A DNA stretch of 61,659 nucleotides, filler included. It is 7 parts of 7 records of this genome, joined end to end, with 100 filler letters (N's around TTAATTAATTAA, not from the genome) between each part and the next. Parts side by side here need not be neighbours in the genome. Positions count along the whole stretch, not along the records: positions 15,948 to 25,619 come from SRR31147125_19633; positions 25,720 to 33,767 come from SRR31147125_19706; 5 more parts are not named here. The stretch is one strand, 5' to 3'. Shown piece after piece: positions 22,800 to 32,149 of the stretch. A program made the translations under genes and the position numbers. The first letter of the stretch is position 1. Each line of letters begins with the position of its first letter. The notes under the pieces are model-generated. The model saw only the letters and a list, made by a program, of their open reading frames with translations. It searched no databases and was not told where the DNA came from.

Positions 22800-22823
22800 G
22801 TTTTATCTGTTTTTTTCTTATTT

Positions 22824-25619
22824 TTATGCCGTCAATACTCTGCTTGCTAAAAATAAATCTTTGCGCGTTATTTCAGGTAAATATTTGAGATGAGTCTTGT
22901 TTTCCGGCAGGGCAAATCCCTTTTCATTCAGGGATTCAAGTGTCTCCACAACAGTTTGCTTAAATTCATCCAGTATCTCTATTTTTGTCAGACCCTTATT
23001 TCGTCCATATCTGTAATAATCCCTTAATTCTTTTTTCTCCATTTTAAATATCTGATAAAAATAGGAAGACACATTTTCAGCAGCCTGTGAATTTTCAAGC
23101 ACATAGTAAAAAAGTTCATATAGTATTAATTGCTCTTTGCTATAACCCCCGGTTTTGTAGTCAAAGACCAAATAACGTCGTTCGTCAGATACTTCAATGC
23201 GCAAATCAGCACGACCGCGAATGCCGATATTCAGCTCTAATGGATTTTCCTTTTTCGTAAGAAGAGATTTAAAAGCACGTTCTTCCTTTGTCGCATATTC
23301 CCGTTCCGGGATAACAAGGATGGGTTTGTCACTCAAATCAATTTCTTTTAAAAATGTAAAAAAGCTGGAAACACCCTGCGAGATTGTCGGCAGCACGATC
23401 TGATCAAAATAGACATATGTGAAATTGTGCGGTGTGCGATAATAATAATCTTCTCGTTTTTGTAAAATGTTCCGGTTTGCCTTTTCAATAATTTTGGAAT
23501 CTATGGCAGAAAAGTCATAGCCAAACAACGGACCAGCAGATTCCTGATCCAGGATATTCCACGTTTCACTAATAATATCATGTGCAATGATACCAATTAA
23601 CTTGTGGGTAAAATCCATGGGAACAGTACAAATACGCTCGTCAATTCTGGCTATGTGATGAATGAAATAGACAAAGGGATTTGTTTGTAAATCTTTCAAA
23701 GAGTAATAGGTCAATTCTAATTGCCCATTGACAAAATCAGTCTCTTTTTCAAGAGGCAGTTGGTAAAAAGAAGGGCTCTTTGCTTTCTCTTTGTCCACAT
23801 GATAGGTTTTATTACTCTTGAAAAATTCCTGGTAAATACCACCGTAATTGACGGTGTTCATTTCAACTGTCTTAATCTTGTCAGACGGAAAAAACAGTTT
23901 TATTTCTTCCAGAAAGGAACTGGCTTCAACATTGTGTTCAATATTTTTTGGGTAAAAAGAGTAACAACAGACGAATTTAACAAAAGTCGGAAAAAATAAT
24001 ATTTTTCACGCCTTCTGACATCTTCATAGGTTTTTAATCCCAGCAATTGCCGTTGTTTTTCTGTAAACAAAAACGGGGTCTGCCGCGCCCGTGGCAGCTG
24101 TCCTTCAATGACATTCAATACAGCAATTCGATTATACTGGATATTTCGGGTATCTAAAAGTCCTGTTTTTTCAATTCGGCCGGAACCATTCAACTCGTAA
24201 GAATACCTGATACTTTTGGGCCTCATATAGTCGAGAAATAATTTGAGAATACCGCTCGCCACCTTTACATTTCTGAGTGGAGAGCTCGGACTGCTGAAAT
24301 AGTCTGACCAGTTATCTACCAGTCCAATATGTTCAATCGTCAAAAAATCGGCTAACATCTGGTAAAAAGAATCATAAATATCAGAATAATGCTGTTCCTG
24401 GCGGGTGATGATTTTAATAATTTCAATCCCATTTTCCGTATCCAGCAAATCTGCTAGACCCTGAATGCTTCGTATTCGTAACAGTTGTTGCAGAAACTGA
24501 ATGATGGCAATAATATATTCAGAACCGGGCTTGCTGCGAACAACCTTGAAAAATCCAAGATCCAAATCAATGTATTTATAATCAAAATCAATCAACGAGT
24601 AAAGATAATCCAGGGTGACTTCCCGGGCAGAGACTTTGTCCTCATGGCTTTTACCCGCTATACCATAAAAGAAAAAATCCTCACTTAAAACAGCATCAAG
24701 CACATTTTGAACCGGTAACAATATTTTTTCACGATTTGGCTCAAAGACCAGGCTATCGACCAGGTTGTGGATAATGGCAAAAAACCGATAAATTGACGTA
24801 TTGGAAAAGCTTTGACTGCCATTTATATTAAACTTTGAAAAATCCAAAAATCGTTCATAGGTGGACATGGATCCGGATGCGTCAACAATGGTCTGGATAG
24901 AATCCTGTTCCAGCGTTTCCATCAGACCAATCATCGTGGCAAAGTCATTATGAGCTTCAGTAACGTTTATTCTTTCAACACGATTATCCGTAAAATCATC
25001 CAGCTTGAAATCTTTGATATCAAGACTGGATTTTTCCACCAAACTGGATGGCATTTGATAATAGATCACAACATTTTTATCTTGCTCGACTAATTTTTGA
25101 ATGATCCATTTCTCAAGCTTTGTGTAGTAGAACTGGTTTACAAAAACAAACCGCTTCTGTTCCCGACAATTATCCAGAACAAGCTTATTCGGCTTGTAAA
25201 GAAAAATATTATCACTAAATCCCTTGCTTTCGATTAAACTCTGATAGTTCTGCTTGATCTCCAATAACCGCTGATACGTATTGGTCTGCCATTCTATCAT
25301 CTCATTATCAAGTGAAACAAATCTGTCGCTGTTTATGTGTTCATTTACCAGTTCTTCATTAAATTCGCCAAACAAATCAAAAAAATGGTGTGCCAGTTCA
25401 ATAGACTGAAAATAATTATGAATCTTGAAAAACGATTTGATCTCTTTTGTCAGTGAGTTATAAAAGGCAAGGGTTCTTTTTTCCTCTTTTAACAGCGGAC
25501 CAGAGGCCAGAAAAAGCTGCTCTTTGAATTCTTCCATTGTCAGTAATAATGTATTCTCAAATTGCCACTTTTTCTGGAATTCCCTTATAGCTGTTCTTTT
25601 ACTGCTTTCAGATGGAAAA
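22824..25619 (-). CDS. addB: AddB-like partner (degenerate helicase plus PD-(D/E)xK nuclease); 5' truncated; frameshift at about 23944
   Basis: LNVIEGQLP, EKYYFFRLL, SSFLEE (after correction), GRAD, DYKTG, QLILY; frame open to the contig edge; directly upstream of addA. Confidence 0.7.
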
Positions 25620-25719
25620 NNNNNNNNNNNNNNNNNNNNNNNNNNNNNNNNNNNNNNNNNNNNTTAATTAATTAANNNNNNNNNNNNNNNNNNNNNNNNN
25701 NNNNNNNNNNNNNNNNNNN
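25620..25719. other. Artificial contig linker
   Basis: N44-TTAATTAATTAA-N44. Confidence 0.98.
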
Positions 25720-25731
25720 AAAAAAGAAATA

Positions 25732-25785
25732 TTAGTTGCACAGTATACCATTGTGTGTTATATTATTAGTATACCAGTAAACTAA
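25732..25785 (+). promoter_or_regulatory. Putative MarR operators overlapping a promoter
   Basis: TTAGTATAC-CA-GTAAACTAA (25766-25785) near-palindrome and a degenerate copy at 25732-25751; TTGCAC-17 bp-TATATT promoter. Confidence 0.55.
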
Positions 25786-25798
25786 AACAGAGGTTTTT

Positions 25799-26224
25799 AT
25801 GGACGCAATAAAAACAGGGCATACGATTCGTATGATAATATCCAATATCAATAACTACATATCAGAAAATATCACGCCTCCTGGAATGAAAGGCGGTCAG
25901 TTTGAATATTTTTTCTTTATATATCAAAATGAAGGTATCAACCAAAACCAACTGGCTAGAGTTAAAAACGTGGGTAAAGCCAGCGTGACAAAGGCGGTTA
26001 AAATTCTTGAAAAAAACGGATTTATCTATCGTAAAACTGACGAAAATGACAAGCGAAACTTTAAACTATACCCAACAAAACATGGCAACAAATATATAGA
26101 TATGATGATGGAACAGAAAGATGCGATGGAAAAGATGATATTTAATGGGTTTAGTGATGAAGAAAAGCAAAAATTGAACTCATTATTAAATAAAATGTTA
26201 AAAAACACAAATAAACTATCTTAA
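25799..26224 (+). CDS. MarR family transcriptional regulator
   Basis: GINQNQLA...VTKAVKILEKNGFIYR...DKR wHTH motif. Confidence 0.9.
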   Translation: MDAIKTGHTIRMIISNINNYISENITPPGMKGGQFEYFFFIYQNEGINQNQLARVKNVGKASVTKAVKILEKNGFIYRKTDENDKRNFKLYPTKHGNKYIDMMMEQKDAMEKMIFNGFSDEEKQKLNSLLNKMLKNTNKLS

Positions 26225-26324
26225 ATATATAAATATTCAGCATAGAATTGTCTGTACTCTTATGGCACTAGGATAAGATAGAGAAAATCTTTTTTAAAAA
26301 AGAAAACCAAAGAGGTCAGTAAAA

Positions 26325-27263
26325 ATGAAATTCCCTTCAATCGATAAATATATAAGTAAAGATGACACACTAATATTGCCGAATGAAAACAGCCGAAAAG
26401 GTATACATATTCCTGATATTATTAGCGAATACGGCGGTGGCTTTAAAAGCGCACTTAAAACAAGACTTCCAATTTTACATATCATGGCAAGCTGTATGCT
26501 TCAAGCACAAAAAAGTGCATCTAGCATAAAGCAAAACCCGAAGCAAAGTAAAACTAAAATATCACAAGAACATTTATATGAGTTGGAATATTATTTAAAG
26601 TCATTGGGCGTAGACGGTATTGGCTACACCACAGTAGATAGAGATATGATCTTTTTAGACAATGCGATTCTTTATAAAAATGCCATTGTTCTTTTGATAG
26701 AGATGAAAAAAGATGCTATTGATACTGCACCATCTAAAACTGCAATCCGTGAAATATTTAGAACTTATAATGAACTTGGCATTATCGTCAATAAGCTTAG
26801 TGATTTTTTAAGAAAACGTGGCTACAACGCAATGGCCGGCCCTGCTGTTGGTGGTGCTGTAAATTATGCTCCCCTTGCTCAAAAAGCAGGATTAGGTGTA
26901 ATGGGTAAACACGGCTTGTTGATTTCGGATCAGCCATTTGGTCCAAGTCTGCGTATAGCTACTGTTTATACGGATATAGAAAACCTGCCGATTGCTCAAG
27001 AAAATCCTCATCTATGGATCAGTGATTTTTGCAATGACTGCAATAGATGCGTTAAAAGCTGCCCTGCTGGTGCAATTTACAAAACCAGTATTGCTGTAAA
27101 CGGAAACCAAAACACAAGGCAGTGTATTGATAATAGTAAATGTGCAACGCCTTTTGCCAATGATTATGGATGCACATTATGCGTTAAACACTGCACATTT
27201 TATACTAGTGATTACGAGAAAATAAAAACTTCTTTCTTAAATAAATCAAAACAAAAAAAATAA
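26325..27263 (+). CDS. Reductive dehalogenase/epoxyqueuosine reductase superfamily protein (putative cobalamin plus 2x[4Fe-4S])
   Basis: LGVDGIG, AIVLLIEM, FLRKRGYNA, AQKAGLGVMGKHGLLI, FGPSLRI, FCNDCNRCVKSCP and C...CTLCVKHC. Confidence 0.75.
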   Translation: MKFPSIDKYISKDDTLILPNENSRKGIHIPDIISEYGGGFKSALKTRLPILHIMASCMLQAQKSASSIKQNPKQSKTKISQEHLYELEYYLKSLGVDGIGYTTVDRDMIFLDNAILYKNAIVLLIEMKKDAIDTAPSKTAIREIFRTYNELGIIVNKLSDFLRKRGYNAMAGPAVGGAVNYAPLAQKAGLGVMGKHGLLISDQPFGPSLRIATVYTDIENLPIAQENPHLWISDFCNDCNRCVKSCPAGAIYKTSIAVNGNQNTRQCIDNSKCATPFANDYGCTLCVKHCTFYTSDYEKIKTSFLNKSKQKK

Positions 27264-27461
27264 GTACAAAAGTGAAAATCACTATAAATACAGTAAGCTT
27301 ACTTATTAAATATCAGTTTTAATATAACTCTTATTAAATCCAGCGCTGTGTATTTCTTTTACATCGGTTTTTATGCTTTTCAACTCCATATAGTAACTTT
27401 TTATTGTGTATTATTGACACTATGGTTCATTAATGATAACGTTGTTTCCGAGGTAATGATT

Positions 27462-27919
27462 ATGGATATATTAGATCACAAGCTTTTAAAGCTACTTGAA
27501 AACAATGCACGCTCAACTCATGAATCGTTGGCAAAACTCTTAACATAACACGACCTGCCATAAGAAAAAGAATTATCAAACTAGAAAACTCAGGGGTAAT
27601 TAATCAATATAAAACTATAATCGACTATACAAAGTTAGGTTACCATATAAATGCTCTAGTATACATAAAATTTAGTAATATCAGTTTTAATGAGATAATA
27701 TCAAAGATTATCAATGTGCAGTGCAAAGGCATACTATTTAACCACTATTATCGCCTAGCAGGCGAATGGTGTATAATGCTTAAGATTATGAGCAATACAA
27801 CAGATAGTATTACTAATTATCTTGATTTGCTTCTAAGTATACCTGAAGTATACGCCACAAATACTAGTTTTATATTAGCCAATAATAGCGAAAAGTCTGA
27901 TGAAGGAGGTAATCGTTAA
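27462..27919 (+). CDS. Lrp/AsnC family regulator interrupted by a 1-nt deletion at about 27542 (sequencing error or pseudogene)
   Basis: MDILDHKLLKLLENNAR...LAKLL continues as NITRPAIRKRIIKLENSGVI...KLG...YRLAGE if one A is restored. Confidence 0.8.
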
Positions 27920-28225
27920 ATGATTACATGTTATTTAAAATACAAAATTGACCCTTATAAAGTGAAGGAATTTAAAAAGTATGGGCAATTATGGATAAAG
28001 TTAGTTAACGAAATGGGCGGTATTCATCATGGTTACTTTTTACCTTATGAGGGTGCTAACAATATTGCTTATGCTATGTTTTCTTTCCCTTCTCTAGGCG
28101 AATATGAAATTTACCGCAATAAGATTGCTGACTGCCCAAAGTGTCAAGAAGCTTTAGCTTACGCTAAAGAAACATCCTGTATAAAAAGTTTTGAAAGAAG
28201 TTTCGTTAAACCAGTATTCGAGTAA
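27920..28225 (+). CDS. NIPSNAP family protein
   Basis: MITCYLKYKIDP, GGIHHGYFLP.EG, FSFPSL..YE.YR. Confidence 0.85.
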   Translation: MITCYLKYKIDPYKVKEFKKYGQLWIKLVNEMGGIHHGYFLPYEGANNIAYAMFSFPSLGEYEIYRNKIADCPKCQEALAYAKETSCIKSFERSFVKPVFE

Positions 28226-28324
28226 TTTATAATTGACCTATTATAAAATAATGACAGCGAGTTGCATTTTTGTTGATAGATATATAAAACGCATACTCAT
28301 ATTTATATATCTTATTTTGCTAAA

Positions 28325-28711
28325 TTAACAACTGAGCCCTCCAACTTCCTTATCAACGTATTCTTTAATTGCCAACATTGTAGATCTAGAAACAATATGC
28401 TCCATTCTGCACGCATCACCCTCAGCACATTCTTTATCCAATCCCAAAGAAAGTGTTAAAAATTTTGTTAGATATTCGTGTTTTGTCTTGATAATTTTAG
28501 CCACTGTTCTTCCCTTTTCTGTCAATGTAATAGGTCCATAAGGCCTTTGATACACAAAGCCTTCTTCTTTTAAAACACCAATCGCTTTACTAACACTCGG
28601 CTTTGAATAGCCAAGTTTTTTCGCCACATCAACCGACATAACTTCTCTGTTTATTTTAGAAAGATCATATATTACTTCCAAATACATTTCTCTTGATTCA
28701 TTATATTTCAT
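28325..28711 (-). CDS. DtxR/MntR family metal-dependent repressor (no FeoA/SH3 domain)
   Basis: ESREMYLE, DVAKKLGYSKPSVS, LTEKG, KH, DACRMEH. Confidence 0.9.
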   Translation of the reverse strand: MKYNESREMYLEVIYDLSKINREVMSVDVAKKLGYSKPSVSKAIGVLKEEGFVYQRPYGPITLTEKGRTVAKIIKTKHEYLTKFLTLSLGLDKECAEGDACRMEHIVSRSTMLAIKEYVDKEVGGLSC

Positions 28712-28805
28712 TTTTAATAAGCAATCCTTTCGACGTAACTGATTAAAACTACAAATACAGTATTTTATTTATAGTTTTTCAAAGTAAAATTCTTTACCTA
28801 TGGAT

Positions 28806-28835
28806 TAAGAGCCTGCTTTTAAAGGCAGGCTCTTA
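28806..28835 (-). terminator. Strong hairpin after the feo operon
   Basis: TAAGAGCCTGC-N8-GCAGGCTCTTA; no clear U-tract. Confidence 0.55.
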
Positions 28836-28854
28836 GCATTAAATTTTTAGCTTT

Positions 28855-29016
28855 TTATTGCATATTACATCCGCAACCATGCCCTTGGTGATTAATATTA
28901 CAACCAGGACATCCAACGCACTTTACACCACGTTTCTTTTCACGGACGATTTTTAAAATTGCAAACGATATAATTCCTGCAATAATAAGTATTGTTATTA
29001 TAGTTGCAATATTCAT
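28855..29016 (-). CDS. FeoB-associated Cys-rich membrane protein (53 aa; absent from the ORF track)
   Basis: MNIATIITILIIAGIISFAILKIVREKKRGVKCVGCPGCNINHQGHGCGCNMQ; AGGAG RBS within the feoB 3' end. Confidence 0.85.
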   Translation of the reverse strand: MNIATIITILIIAGIISFAILKIVREKKRGVKCVGCPGCNINHQGHGCGCNMQ

Positions 29017-29020
29017 AATT

Positions 29021-31057
29021 TTACGCTCCTTGTTTCACTGCCGAACCAACTGCTTTTTCAGCTTTACTGCCTTTATTCATAAGGTGAACTACAATTCCTA
29101 CCATAACAGTTACTGCTATTAATCCGCCAAGGAATCCAGCCCCAACTGCACCAGTTGTTACAAGTGTTCCAATTTGATATACAAGGAATGCAAGAACATA
29201 ACCCATTCCTAGTTGAAATAACACAGCACCCCAAGTCCATTTAGCAGAGTTAACTTCTGCTCTTATAGCACCAATTGCTGCAAAGCATGGTGGTGTAAAT
29301 AAGTTAAAGATCAAATATGAAAGTGCCGCAACGCTTCCAATTGCAAATGCAGCTTCAACTCCGCCAACTGCGCCAGCTTCACCCACAAGTTCCAATGCAT
29401 CAACGTCGATAAAGTTTGCAATACCAAATGTAACCGCAAGTGTACCTACAACGTTTTCTTTAGCAATAAAACCTGTAATTGCCGCTGCTGCAAATTGCCA
29501 TATACCAAAGCCTAAAGGTATAAACAATAATGCAAATGGGCTAGCTATAGAAGCTAAGATGCTTTCTGATGCAACTTCTGTTATTGATAAGCTCCATGTG
29601 AATGTTTGCATAATATGTACAGCCGCATTACAAATAAGAATAACGGTACCAGCTTTTACGATAAATGCTTTGGCACGGCTAAGCATTGATATAGTAGCTC
29701 TTTTTAAACTTGGAACTCTATATTCAGGCAATTCCATAATGAAATAGCTTTCAGATGTATCTCCAGTGATTTTTCTTATTATAAGTGCACTGAATACGAT
29801 AACTACAATACCTAAGAGGTACATTGATGTACCAACCCACGCATTGCCACTAAAGAAAACTCCTGCAAACAATGCAATAATAGGTAGTTTTGCACCACAT
29901 GGCATAAACGGTGTCAGCATCGCTGTTGTTCTTCTTTTTCTTACGTCTTTAATAGTTCTTGTTGCCATAACACCAGGTATAGAACAAGCTGTTCCAACTA
30001 CCATAGGTATAATAGCTCTACCAGAAAGACCAATTTTTTTAAAGTATCTGTCCATAACTACAGCAACTCTTGCCATATATCCACAATCTTCGAAAAGAGC
30101 CATTAGGAAGAACATAACCATGATAAGTGGTAAGAATCCAACAACTGCAACTACACCACCTATAATACCGTCAACAAGCAACGCTTGAACAAATGGATTT
30201 GCACCTTCGACAAGTCCGCCAACCCATTCTTGGAAACCTTCTAACCAACCAACAAGAGCATCTGCTATTATTGGCCCAAGCCACGCTTGCGATGCCCAGA
30301 ATATAAACCAGATAACAGCTATAAAGATTGGAATCCCCAACCATTTATGTGCAACAACTCTGTCCACTTTGTCTTGTGTTGTTTGTTGTGCAGGGTCAAG
30401 TTTCTTTCTTTCAACTTCTCCAACAACAGAGTTTACAAATGCAAAACGTCGTCTATCCGCATGCCTTCCGTATCCACCATGTCTGCCTTTTCCACCTTCT
30501 CTTCCATGTCTTCCACGTCTTGAAATGCCATCAATAATTGGCGCTTTTTGCCTTACATTTAATTCGCAAGCTCCAACTGCCTCGCTTACAAGTTTTTCAA
30601 GCCCCTCGCCGTTTGTAGCAATCGTTTCAACAACTGGACAATTCAATGAGGCCGATAATTCTCCCACATTTATTTTATTGCCTTTTTTTTCAGCCATATC
30701 AGATTTATTTAGTGCAACTACTACAGGGATACCCGTTTCTAAAAGCTGAGTTGTAAAGAAAAGACTGCGACTTAAGTTTGTAGAATCTACTATATTAATA
30801 ATAACGTCTGGATTTTCTTTTTGAACAAAGTCCTTTGTGATACTTTCTTCATTTGTGTATGGCGACATAGAATATGCGCCAGGTAAGTCTACTGCTACTA
30901 AATCTTTTCCAGATTTATTTAAATTAGATTTAATAGGCCCTTCTTTTTTCTCAACCGTAACACCTGGCCAGTTACCAACATGTTCGATTTTTCCTGTAAT
31001 AGCGTTAAACAGCGTTGTTTTACCACTATTAGGATTGCCAGCTAAAGCAATTTTCAT
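29021..31057 (-). CDS. feoB: Ferrous iron transporter FeoB
   Basis: GNPNSGKT, GNWPGVTVEKK, DLPG, NKSD, PFMPCGAK, PPCFA; GGAGG RBS places the start at 31057. Confidence 0.95.
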   Translation of the reverse strand: MKIALAGNPNSGKTTLFNAITGKIEHVGNWPGVTVEKKEGPIKSNLNKSGKDLVAVDLPGAYSMSPYTNEESITKDFVQKENPDVIINIVDSTNLSRSLFFTTQLLETGIPVVVALNKSDMAEKKGNKINVGELSASLNCPVVETIATNGEGLEKLVSEAVGACELNVRQKAPIIDGISRRGRHGREGGKGRHGGYGRHADRRRFAFVNSVVGEVERKKLDPAQQTTQDKVDRVVAHKWLGIPIFIAVIWFIFWASQAWLGPIIADALVGWLEGFQEWVGGLVEGANPFVQALLVDGIIGGVVAVVGFLPLIMVMFFLMALFEDCGYMARVAVVMDRYFKKIGLSGRAIIPMVVGTACSIPGVMATRTIKDVRKRRTTAMLTPFMPCGAKLPIIALFAGVFFSGNAWVGTSMYLLGIVVIVFSALIIRKITGDTSESYFIMELPEYRVPSLKRATISMLSRAKAFIVKAGTVILICNAAVHIMQTFTWSLSITEVASESILASIASPFALLFIPLGFGIWQFAAAAITGFIAKENVVGTLAVTFGIANFIDVDALELVGEAGAVGGVEAAFAIGSVAALSYLIFNLFTPPCFAAIGAIRAEVNSAKWTWGAVLFQLGMGYVLAFLVYQIGTLVTTGAVGAGFLGGLIAVTVMVGIVVHLMNKGSKAEKAVGSAVKQGA

Positions 31058-31078
31058 AAAACACCTCCAAAATATTTT

Positions 31079-31094
31079 GTTAGCGCACGCTAAC
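31079..31094. promoter_or_regulatory. Putative DtxR-family operator upstream of feoB
   Basis: Palindrome GTTAGCG-CA-CGCTAAC. Confidence 0.65.
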
Positions 31095-31134
31095 TGTTCT
31101 CTTAAAAAAACTGTCTTCCCGACAGTCAATAAAT

Positions 31135-31347
31135 TTATACAAGAATGGCTCTTGCCAATTTCTCATCAATGCTGTATCTTGCATCTTTTACATTTATAAT
31201 AAAGTTTGATGCAAGCTTTGAGATAATTGTAATCTTCTCACCAGGGTAGCAACCCAAAGTAAACAAGAATTCTCTCATATCTTCTTTATCCGCTTTTATT
31301 TCACCAATTATATAAGTTGTATTGATGTTCCCTTTTGATAATGCCAT
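31135..31347 (-). CDS. feoA: Ferrous iron transport protein FeoA
   Basis: 70 aa; FLFTLGCYPGEKI, NVKDARYSID; directly upstream of feoB. Confidence 0.9.
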   Translation of the reverse strand: MALSKGNINTTYIIGEIKADKEDMREFLFTLGCYPGEKITIISKLASNFIINVKDARYSIDEKLARAILV

Positions 31348-31367
31348 AATATTTCCTCCATGATTTT

Positions 31368-31420
31368 GTTAGCTTTTGCTAACTCAAAGTTAGCTTAGCA
31401 CAACTCATGTTTTTTGTCAA
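31368..31420 (-). promoter_or_regulatory. feoA promoter with two tandem DtxR-type boxes
   Basis: Minus-strand TTGACA-17 bp-TAAGCT (TG extended); boxes GTTAGCTTTTGCTAAC (31368-31383) and GTTAGCTTAGCACAAC (31389-31404, overlapping the -10). Confidence 0.7.
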
Positions 31421-31462
31421 TACTTTTTTTAAAAATATTAATATATTGTATTTAACTGTCAT

Positions 31463-32127
31463 CTACTTCACACATCTAAATATCGCTATTGCATGCTTAT
31501 TAATCACGTGTGTCTGAGCATAATATAATTTAAGTATATTGTATAACTGTTTTTTAGAATAAAACGGCTTATGAAACCAACCTTTTTTTGATAAAACACT
31601 GTCAACAACAAAATCACTTCTATAGTTCTCACCTTTAATGTATGTGCATCAATAAACTCACCACCAGGCTTTAAAACACGCGCCATTTCATCGAATGCAT
31701 TTTTCTTTTCTGGAAATGCATGGATACCATTCATAGAAAGTAATACATCAAAGCTCTCATCTTTAAAAGGAAGATTTCCAACATCACCTTGAACAAACTC
31801 AACGTTAGAAATACCTCTATCACTAAAGCGTATCTTTGCTTGTTCCAGCATATCTTCTGAGTATTCAAGTGCTGTAATTTCCGCACTTTCAAGCTTTCTA
31901 TATTTTTCAGCTGTAAACAAACCTGTTCCAACTGGAACATCTAAAATTTTACCGTCAAATCTATCAGGTATCCATCTTAAAAGCTCATTAGCTATTTCTA
32001 TGTCATCAACTTCCCAAAAGAAGTCAATATACATTTTTGCCCACCATTTACTTTTTGAAAGGGCATCATCATAGAAGTTTTTGCTCTGTTTGTATGCTTT
32101 CTTTGTTTGAACATATTCGTTAGCCAT
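31463..32127 (-). CDS. Class I SAM-dependent methyltransferase; 1-nt deletion near 31650
   Basis: ILDVPVGTG, GDVGNLPF, RVLKPGG; restoring one G gives IGCTYIKGE...KKGWFHKPF...IFRCVK-stop at 31463. Confidence 0.85.
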
Positions 32128-32149
32128 AAAGTTTCCTCGTTTCCATTAT

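Noticed and set aside
21890..23949. Programmed frameshifting in addA and addB
   Set aside because: No canonical in-phase slippery heptamer or stimulator; same single-A loss pattern as elsewhere in the window
17019..25619. Helicase plus nuclease plus TPR as a novel anti-phage system
   Set aside because: Motifs and gene order fit housekeeping AddAB; the apparent four-gene layout results from two frameshifts; the TPR protein looks like an exported lipoprotein
31058..31129. N-terminal extension of FeoB in the ORF track
   Set aside because: The GGAGG RBS and the family start MKIALAGNPN place the start at 31057; the extension overlaps the operator palindrome
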